From the sequence record PQ433349.1: DNA of 64,000 nt, one strand, 5' to 3'. This document shows positions 57,884-64,000 of this stretch, piece after piece; position 1 is the stretch's first letter, and the number at the start of each line of letters is the position of its first letter. Source of the DNA: Escherichia phage vB_Ec-G1. The notes under the pieces were generated by a model. That model had not been told where the DNA came from, did not search any database, and saw only the letters and a program-made list of their open reading frames with translations. The position numbers and the translations under genes were made by a program.

Positions 57884-58556
57884 GTGCTAGTGCCTCCTCA
57901 TAAGAAAGTCGGATTTTCCCATTTTTAATATCCTCTAAAGATGCTTTGTATTCTTCCCAGTTAATACCAATAGCAGCTTCTTTCTCTTCTTTTGTCAGAT
58001 TAGCAAAAGGCATAGGATTGTTTCCAAAAACATCGTCTGGGTGGATATAAGCCATGATACGAAGTGGACAAGGTGTTGCCTGAATACCATGATTCAAACC
58101 AGCAGCTTTCAAACGGTGTCCCCATTCAGCATCTTCAAAACCATAACCGTGAGTGTAAGGGCGGAAATAACCCATCTTCTCAACAACGGCACGAGAATAC
58201 ATTGCAAATTGACACATTGCAAGTTCCCAGAGAATAACTTCTCCTTTGCTTCCAACAACTTTATCTTTGAAATACTCCGGCATACCAAAGAAATCCCATC
58301 CTCCAGAAACAGCCTGATCTACAAAGTATGTTTCCCATCCTTCCATGACTGGGTAGCAATCATCGTCAAAAATAAACCAATAATCATAACCTTCTTCATA
58401 AAACTGGTGCATAAGTTCATTCCTGGCATAAGCTACACCTTTACGATCTGGATCGTTGAATACTCGAAAATCTGCACGTGGATCTGTTACAAGGTAGTCT
58501 TTAAGTGGACGGACGCCTACAGTGATAACACCCACTCCGATTTTAATATTTTCCAT
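57873..58556 (-). CDS. glycosyltransferase (GT-A-like, DxD motif)
   Basis: 227 aa; YWFIFDDDCYP. Confidence 0.55.
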   Translation of the reverse strand: MENIKIGVGVITVGVRPLKDYLVTDPRADFRVFNDPDRKGVAYARNELMHQFYEEGYDYWFIFDDDCYPVMEGWETYFVDQAVSGGWDFFGMPEYFKDKVVGSKGEVILWELAMCQFAMYSRAVVEKMGYFRPYTHGYGFEDAEWGHRLKAAGLNHGIQATPCPLRIMAYIHPDDVFGNNPMPFANLTKEEKEAAIGINWEEYKASLEDIKNGKIRLSYEEALAHVK

Positions 58557-58564
58557 TATCTCTC

Positions 58565-59128
58565 CTAAATAGTTTTACTGTGATCGTGACAGTGTAATAA
58601 ATGATGTATAGACCGTTGAGGATTTGTTTGACCTAATCTGTAAATGTGAAACAGATACATTCCCCGCATCAATCCTAACCTCTTTCCTTTTTCATGTAAA
58701 GTGCGAGAGAAAATTAAGTCGAATTGGATAGATTTTTCTTCGAAAGGAATTTCATTCCACAACGATTTTCTAAAAAGCAAAAAGAAACCTGCCAGAGGTG
58801 TTCCGAAAGGAACTTCTTCAACACTCACTTTATGATATTCTCTTGCAATCTTAGCATATTCTATATGGTTTAGAATATCTGGATCATCGTTAATTTGGTT
58901 AGAGAAAAGCTGATAACCACTACCTAACCTGTTACAAGTTGCACCTATTACATCAAAAGGTGGGTTTGAAATAACAAGCTCTTCAAGCATAGATGGTTGA
59001 TCAGGCAGGAGGAACATTGTATCGGTATCTCTTAAGCACACCCAACTATCATCTGGAAGAACGGCAATAGCTTCATTGATAGCCTTGCCGATATTTCCTG
59101 TCAGATAGGGAGTAATATAATAAATCAT
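58565..59128 (-). CDS. putative glycosyltransferase-like protein
   Basis: 187 aa; N-terminal YYITPY...LRDTDTMFL DxD-like pattern; weak assignment. Confidence 0.4.
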   Translation of the reverse strand: MIYYITPYLTGNIGKAINEAIAVLPDDSWVCLRDTDTMFLLPDQPSMLEELVISNPPFDVIGATCNRLGSGYQLFSNQINDDPDILNHIEYAKIAREYHKVSVEEVPFGTPLAGFFLLFRKSLWNEIPFEEKSIQFDLIFSRTLHEKGKRLGLMRGMYLFHIYRLGQTNPQRSIHHLLHCHDHSKTI

Positions 59129-59144
59129 TCTCCCCTCCGTTATA

Positions 59145-59336
59145 TTAACTGTCAGCTACAATCCCACGTTTAATCATTTCTTGTTGGATTTGGATGACAC
59201 GATCTCGTGCTTCCATATATTCTTTAAAAGATTCTTGGAGATGGTCACGAGCTACATCCCGTAGTTTAATCAGTTTGTCGTTTGTCACTTCTTGAAGAGA
59301 GATCTCGCCAGTTTCATTGGTCCCAAGCGTTTTCAT
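59145..59336 (-). CDS. hypothetical protein
   Basis: 63 aa, RBS AAGGAGG. Confidence 0.45.
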   Translation of the reverse strand: MKTLGTNETGEISLQEVTNDKLIKLRDVARDHLQESFKEYMEARDRVIQIQQEMIKRGIVADS

Positions 59337-59544
59337 TTACAACCTCCTTAATAGCTACTGCACAGTTCTTACAAATACATTGACCTTTGTTCTTAGAAAT
59401 TTCAATGTAAGGTTCATTTTCGTTTTCTCCGCGTCGTGAATCGTATATTACAGTATTGAAGCAGACAACGCAAATGTTTTTAATAACGACATATTTTTGC
59501 ACTTTCTGTTTAGTGCGGAAATTGACTTCAATGACTTCTCCCAT
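59314..59544 (-). CDS. small Cys-rich protein
   Basis: start at internal ATG (MGEVIEV...) after AGGGGAG; two CxxC pairs. Confidence 0.45.
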   Translation of the reverse strand: MGEVIEVNFRTKQKVQKYVVIKNICVVCFNTVIYDSRRGENENEPYIEISKNKGQCICKNCAVAIKEVVNENAWDQ

Positions 59545-59828
59545 CAGTGAATCTCCCCTAAAATGTTGTTTTGAGACATTACTGCGGAGCATTCTACAGC
59601 ATCATGAGTCCTTGCAAAACGCTCCCACAGCACAGCATCTACTTTAAGAACCATACAAGGATAAATACTGTCGTTGATCATATCAATGCTATATTTATCT
59701 ACATCCTTTTCATCTTCCATAAACAAAGTAGCGTATGCTTCCAAATGTTTACGGGTGTAGTATACGTCCTCTTCGGTAAGACCGACAACCAGGTAACTTG
59801 CTACAACAACAGTATTATCTTCTTGCAT
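59544..59828 (-). CDS. hypothetical protein
   Basis: start at internal ATG 59828 after AAAGGGGAG; track start at 59891 is GTG without RBS. Confidence 0.45.
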   Translation of the reverse strand: MQEDNTVVVASYLVVGLTEEDVYYTRKHLEAYATLFMEDEKDVDKYSIDMINDSIYPCMVLKVDAVLWERFARTHDAVECSAVMSQNNILGEIH

Positions 59829-59829
59829 T

Positions 59830-60351
59830 TTAACTCCCCTTTGGTAGATAGAAACCATGCACTTTATCTCGATAAACAAGACGCATATCACGCTCCCAGT
59901 GTGTCCTTATATTCCGTTTCTTGAAGTATAGAGCACCTTTAGTAACATCTAAAACAGACCGCAATTCAGGAAAATGTTTCTCTAAATAAAGTAAACGCTC
60001 CGCTATTGCTTTTGCTTCCTGCCACTTATCTTTCTCTGTTACGTTAAAAGTTTTCGCATATGAGAATTGCCCTTTCTGGAACAAGACTCCTCTGACTGTG
60101 TTAGGAAAGTAGGCATCATTTCTTCTATTGATTACCACATTCCCAACGGCATTCATTCCTTTTTTACCCAGACCGCGACCTTCTGCGTAAATTGCACAAG
60201 CTAATAGAATTTTATCATTATATTGCTTTGTACATTTGTGAACTACTTTAGCGGTTTTTACGTTTGCAGCTTCGGCTTTCGCCACAACAGGTGTAAATGT
60301 AAAAGCAGTTAAGGATAGTAACGCAACTGTTACAAAGTTTTTTATCAGCAA
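59830..60351 (-). CDS. secreted cell-wall hydrolase (SleB-like), candidate endolysin
   Basis: 173 aa; N-terminal signal peptide-like FVTVALLSLTAFTFTPVVAKA; CAIYAEGRG...GNVVINR; TTG start after AAGGAGG. Confidence 0.65.
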   Translation of the reverse strand: MLIKNFVTVALLSLTAFTFTPVVAKAEAANVKTAKVVHKCTKQYNDKILLACAIYAEGRGLGKKGMNAVGNVVINRRNDAYFPNTVRGVLFQKGQFSYAKTFNVTEKDKWQEAKAIAERLLYLEKHFPELRSVLDVTKGALYFKKRNIRTHWERDMRLVYRDKVHGFYLPKGS

Positions 60352-60383
60352 ATTTTGCCTCCTTTTTAAGTTAACGAATTTCT

Positions 60384-60412
60384 AGTATAACACGATAGAG
60401 GCTTTATTGCAA
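60384..60412 (-). promoter_or_regulatory. sigma70-like promoter (minus strand) for hydrolase gene
   Basis: minus-strand TTGCAA-N17-TATACT. Confidence 0.55.
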
Positions 60413-60432
60413 GAGGGGGATTTCTCCCCCTC
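60413..60432 (-). terminator. GC hairpin downstream of TerD-like gene
   Basis: GAGGGGGA-TTTC-TCCCCCTC; no clear T-tract. Confidence 0.4.
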
Positions 60433-60450
60433 AAAATCATTTGTTAATTA

Positions 60451-61053
60451 TTATGGACATTCATACCATTCTTTTTTACCACCGAAGGCCATCACCACAT
60501 CACAAATATCCAGACCAGCTTTGCCTACACCATATGCTTTCAGCTTCCATTCCCCATCTTCACGAACCAAGGAAGCCACGTGGCAGATTGTGTTGCCAGC
60601 TACTTCAGGAGCCAGGAAGTCAAAATCCAGAATTTCCACATTGCGCTCGGAGTCGAAGATTTTAAGCATACCTTCAGAAGCATGACCAAAACGTTTCAGA
60701 CCTGTATCATCATCAATGGTCAGAACAAAGGCAATCTCTTGTGCATCAGGGGAGATTTTAGCCAGAGTAATATCAATCTGCTCCATGCTGCCAGTTCCAT
60801 CACGAACATCGTCACCAGCGAAGGTAGAACGTTCAGGATCAAACTTGTTAGCATAGCAAACCAGATGACGTGCAGACAGCATTTCAGGATTGCCAGCGGC
60901 ATTGTGACGACAAACCAGTGCACTTACATCCAGATCCAGTTTAGAATCAGATTTCCAAGAGAATTCCAGGCGCAGTTCTTTCAGAGCCGGAGCAACTTTC
61001 TTCAGGGAAATTTTTTCGCTAGAGCCTTTTTTCAGGGAAATTTTATCAGTCAT
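60451..61053 (-). CDS. TerD-domain protein
   Basis: 200 aa; duplicated ISLKK N-terminus, LDLDVSALV, GDDVRDG, GEWK consistent with TerD family as recalled. Confidence 0.75.
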   Translation of the reverse strand: MTDKISLKKGSSEKISLKKVAPALKELRLEFSWKSDSKLDLDVSALVCRHNAAGNPEMLSARHLVCYANKFDPERSTFAGDDVRDGTGSMEQIDITLAKISPDAQEIAFVLTIDDDTGLKRFGHASEGMLKIFDSERNVEILDFDFLAPEVAGNTICHVASLVREDGEWKLKAYGVGKAGLDICDVVMAFGGKKEWYECP

Positions 61054-61068
61054 CTTTTGTCTCCTCTA

Positions 61069-61338
61069 TTATTTAAGTGTAATACCAGTTACAGTCAATT
61101 CTACTTCCAAAAGCTTAGATGTGTTTTGGATTGATACTAATTGTGCATGATGGTTTAGTTCTACAGCAGAATAATCATTTTCCCCATCGTCTACTTTTAA
61201 ATAAACAATGATTTCACTAAGGTCTAAACCATTTTCGTCAAATGCATTTTCATAGACGAAAGTATCTCCTACATCCAAATCTTTAATGGTAAGGCATCGT
61301 TTATTTACTTTTTGCTCATCAATTTCGAAGTTTAACAC
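61069..61338 (-). CDS. small hypothetical protein, paralog B
   Basis: 89 aa; aligns along its length with 62360-62638 product (shared LDVG.TF, VELTVTGITLK / VDLEVTNITLK). Confidence 0.5.
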   Translation of the reverse strand: MLNFEIDEQKVNKRCLTIKDLDVGDTFVYENAFDENGLDLSEIIVYLKVDDGENDYSAVELNHHAQLVSIQNTSKLLEVELTVTGITLK

Positions 61339-61567
61339 TTCTTCCTCCTAATGTTATCTCCGGTTTGTATATACGAAGAATTATAGCGTTTTCATTTTCT
61401 TTGTCAACCCATTCTTCATAATCAGGCCATACATGAATCTCTACTCTACTTACAATATCTTCCATTCGCACAGTCCCAATGAAATACTCTTTGAGACTGC
61501 GCATAATGAAAGCTTCTCTCTCACGCCAATAATTTTCTATGACTTGAGAGGCAAGCTCGTCGATCAT
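61319..61567 (-). CDS. hypothetical protein
   Basis: 82 aa. Confidence 0.45.
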   Translation of the reverse strand: MIDELASQVIENYWREREAFIMRSLKEYFIGTVRMEDIVSRVEIHVWPDYEEWVDKENENAIILRIYKPEITLGGRSVKLRN

Positions 61568-62358
61568 TTTTTAGCACCTACTTTAACAACCCACTCTCCG
61601 AACTCTTCAGATAAGAGTTTGTCATAAAGCTCTGAATCTGTCAAGTCTAAATCTTTAATACCAATAAAACCAACATTATCATAAGCATTTGCCAGTTCTT
61701 TCAGGAAGCCAAACTTCTCATTACCAACGCCAACCATGAACCAATAAATAGGTTTATTCTTATTCTCTTCGATAAGACGACGAACAGCACTAGGATCACC
61801 ATTCTCACCATCCGTCTGGAAGAATACAACACCAGGGGTAACGTCAGCACCTGGTTCAGATACAGCTACAACTTTTTCACGCTCTACAGACACTGTTTCA
61901 GTTTTACCAAGCAGACGATTAAAGAAGCCTTTCTTTGGAGCCTCCTCTTGTACCACTTGTTTAGTGGTAATATATTTAGTAACAGTGCCAAAATACTCAT
62001 CGTAGATATCCGCCATTACAGGGGCGTAATTTGTTCCACCTCCGATACGAACATTACGCATACATTTACCAACATAGTCATCGTAAACATCTGCTGTTGC
62101 TGGAGTAAGCTCTTGGGAACTCGTATTGAAGGCCCACATATCAATTTGTTGATTATCGTCGAACAGCATACCAAAAGGAAGCAGTTTACCTACAAAATCA
62201 CTCACTACCCCACTAGAATATAGACCATGCATACTACCAGAAATATCTAGAGCACATGCTACACGAAGAACAATCTTACCTTCATTCAGGTTCTTATTCT
62301 TTTTCAGAGAGAAAGCAAGGTTTTCTTGACGTTTTTTCAGGCTGATTTTCTCGGACAT
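61564..62358 (-). CDS. von Willebrand factor A (vWA) domain protein, TerY-like
   Basis: 264 aa; MIDAS motif DISGSM; N-terminus MSEKISLKK echoes TerD N-terminus. Confidence 0.7.
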   Translation of the reverse strand: MSEKISLKKRQENLAFSLKKNKNLNEGKIVLRVACALDISGSMHGLYSSGVVSDFVGKLLPFGMLFDDNQQIDMWAFNTSSQELTPATADVYDDYVGKCMRNVRIGGGTNYAPVMADIYDEYFGTVTKYITTKQVVQEEAPKKGFFNRLLGKTETVSVEREKVVAVSEPGADVTPGVVFFQTDGENGDPSAVRRLIEENKNKPIYWFMVGVGNEKFGFLKELANAYDNVGFIGIKDLDLTDSELYDKLLSEEFGEWVVKVGAKK

Positions 62359-62359
62359 A

Positions 62360-62638
62360 TTATTTCTCCTTCTTAAGTGTGATATTGGTAACTTCTAAAT
62401 CTACTTCCACCATATTTGTATCTGGTGGGATGCAATGAGTATAGCCTCGTTGTGCTAGTGATCCATTAATACAGATCGCACTGTTTGTGGAATTTTTAAT
62501 GAACACCAAGTTACGGTAGGTATCCAACCCTGCGTCTTCATAGGCATCATAATACATGAATGTGGCCCCTACGTCAAGATCTTCGAAAGCAATAGGTAAA
62601 TCCTGACTTTTTTCTTCTTGAATATTGAATCTAAACAC
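62360..62638 (-). CDS. small hypothetical protein, paralog A
   Basis: GTG start overlapping upstream stop after GAGGAGG; product VFRFNIQEEK... Confidence 0.5.
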   Translation of the reverse strand: MFRFNIQEEKSQDLPIAFEDLDVGATFMYYDAYEDAGLDTYRNLVFIKNSTNSAICINGSLAQRGYTHCIPPDTNMVEVDLEVTNITLKKEK

Positions 62639-63194
62639 GCATACCTCCTCTACCAATTTTGAAGCCCAAATCGTAAGCTTCCTTAGTGATCTTTTGTAAC
62701 TCACTTATAGGAAGTGTTACAAGAGGATCATCTTCTTCAATTTCCATCTTGTCATCTTCTGTTTCAATGAGAGTATTATGCACTTTGTGATAAGGGTTGT
62801 CAACACGTTTAAACTTATTCTTTTCTGTGCTGAAAAAACAGTCTGGATCTTCTTCACCATCACCCCAACCTTGGTTAGGATCTCCGTCAGATTGTTCTGT
62901 AGGGATTTCACCTGTAAAGTACTCTTCCAGCACCATAGCAATACCGTCCCTTGGATTTGAGGAATGCATTAAATCACAAACCTTACCCCAATCCATAGCC
63001 CATTCGAACCGTTCACGAATGCCATTTTCATCCTCCTTCCCAGAGAAAACACAACCATAACTATCATAGTTGCCATACATCTCTTCAATAACAACACCGT
63101 CCTTCAAAAGAAAGAGGTAGCAAGGTGATCCGTCGAAAGAAGTAGAAAGGGCAGCTTTGCCCGATTCTTTGCACAAAAAGCTAAAACAACCCAT
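62631..63194 (-). CDS. hypothetical acidic protein
   Basis: 187 aa. Confidence 0.5.
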   Translation of the reverse strand: MGCFSFLCKESGKAALSTSFDGSPCYLFLLKDGVVIEEMYGNYDSYGCVFSGKEDENGIRERFEWAMDWGKVCDLMHSSNPRDGIAMVLEEYFTGEIPTEQSDGDPNQGWGDGEEDPDCFFSTEKNKFKRVDNPYHKVHNTLIETEDDKMEIEEDDPLVTLPISELQKITKEAYDLGFKIGRGGMRV

Positions 63195-63592
63195 TACAAA
63201 CCCTCCTTCAGATTATCAAGAGCTACAGTGGTTTCACAAAATTCTCCATAAGCTTTATGATGTTCCAGAAAAGCTTCGGGTCCACCCCAGTCATTATCTT
63301 GTGTATTCCAGCCATCAATAAAAGCATCTTCAATGATTGTGATCAGTTCCTGTCGAGTCAACGTAATGGTATCAGGTTTCTGCGTAGTTTCCACACGGAA
63401 CCCTGGTTCTTCATAAAAACCTTTAGTTACAATGGATTCTAACTCTTCTGCATCACAGAGGAAGTAGCCACAAAGATAACACCAACCGTCATCATCTTTC
63501 ATTACTTCATAAACTTCACCACTTGCTAACTTGGTGAAAAGAGTAGGGTCTGTTACTGTAAGTTTTAAAAGAATACCTGTTGGATTATACAT
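63194..63592 (-). CDS. hypothetical protein
   Basis: 132 aa. Confidence 0.5.
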   Translation of the reverse strand: MYNPTGILLKLTVTDPTLFTKLASGEVYEVMKDDDGWCYLCGYFLCDAEELESIVTKGFYEEPGFRVETTQKPDTITLTRQELITIIEDAFIDGWNTQDNDWGGPEAFLEHHKAYGEFCETTVALDNLKEGL

Positions 63593-63758
63593 CTTCTTCC
63601 TCCTCTAAAATATGGAACCCGTAATTACAATAATCCTGAAAGGTTTCGTGTGCAAGATCTTCTATATCCTCTTGAGACATATCATCTTCAATTTCGATAT
63701 CCACAACCTCATTGCATCCACACCAAGCAGTTTCAATATTCACTCGTAATATTTTCAT
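63585..63758 (-). CDS. hypothetical small acidic Cys-containing protein (not in ORF track)
   Basis: 57 codons MKILRVNIETAWCGCNEVVD...; ATG after GGAGGAGGAG. Confidence 0.4.
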   Translation of the reverse strand: MKILRVNIETAWCGCNEVVDIEIEDDMSQEDIEDLAHETFQDYCNYGFHILEEEEDV

Positions 63759-63955
63759 TACTCCTCCTCCTCATTGAAGTCAATATCTGCAAGGAGTTCG
63801 AATTTACGGAAGTTACGACAACCTTCATAAATATAACAATCACGACAAACTGCTAGAACACTTGGGGGATATATGCCTCCCATCGGTGCGAATCGTTTTT
63901 CGTCATCATAACGGACACCAATGTCTTCATCAATTATATAGATACGGATTCTCAT
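63758..63955 (-). CDS. hypothetical protein
   Basis: 65 aa; CRDCYIYEGC. Confidence 0.45.
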   Translation of the reverse strand: MRIRIYIIDEDIGVRYDDEKRFAPMGGIYPPSVLAVCRDCYIYEGCRNFRKFELLADIDFNEEEE

Positions 63956-64000
63956 TTACCAAGCCCTCGTTTCACAGCAGCTACCATCCCGTCTTCCAGA
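63956..64000 (-). CDS. hypothetical protein, partial (only last 14 codons in window)
   Basis: open minus-strand frame ending TAA at 63956-63958 overlapping downstream ATG. Confidence 0.3.
   Translation of the reverse strand, partial: SGRRDGSCCETRAW

Noticed and set aside
58041-58568. 175 aa plus-strand ORF
   Set aside because: Antisense to the GT-A-like gene; no RBS.
60580-61134. 184 aa plus-strand ORF
   Set aside because: Antisense to the TerD-domain gene, low-complexity translation.
1-64000. Prophage or temperate lifestyle
   Set aside because: No integrase, repressor/Cro pair, attachment site or flanking host genes seen; content is tRNAs, own replicase and structural genes, consistent with a virulent phage.

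Overview
This window reads as a dense, almost fully coding segment of a virulent contractile-tailed (myovirus-like) phage genome; no integrase, repressor or CRISPR array was found. The DNA is AT-rich with sigma70-type promoters (TTGACA-N17/18-TAxxxT) and a tRNA-Tyr that, from memory, closely resembles the E. coli one, so an enterobacterial host is inferred, not shown. Layout: (1) 1-3.8 kb, leftward small early genes including a metallophosphoesterase; (2) 3.8-4.3 kb, divergent intergenic region carrying a GTAC-rich palindromic array; (3) 5.2-7.2 kb, a tRNA cluster with 12 reasonably folded tRNAs and 2 aberrant tRNA-like elements; (4) 7.3-46.6 kb, rightward late region with an overlapped spanin pair, terminase large subunit, portal, scaffold, decoration protein, lambda-E-like major capsid, sheath, tube, chaperone, tape measure, baseplate and several tailspikes/fibres; (5) 46.6-64 kb, leftward replication block with SSB, family-A DNA polymerase, N6-methyltransferase, T7 gp4-like primase-helicase, four glycosyltransferases, a SleB-like hydrolase and a TerD plus vWA module. 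The strongest candidates for something new are two inteins (a mini-intein splitting the terminase Walker A motif and a LAGLIDADG-containing intein in the polymerase), the Ter-like module with duplicated small partner genes, the glycosyltransferase cluster beside the replication genes, and a canonical -1 frameshift site in the tail chaperone. All calls come from reading the sequence and ORF translations by eye; no database search or folding program was run, and coordinates of hairpins and tRNAs may be off by a base or two.
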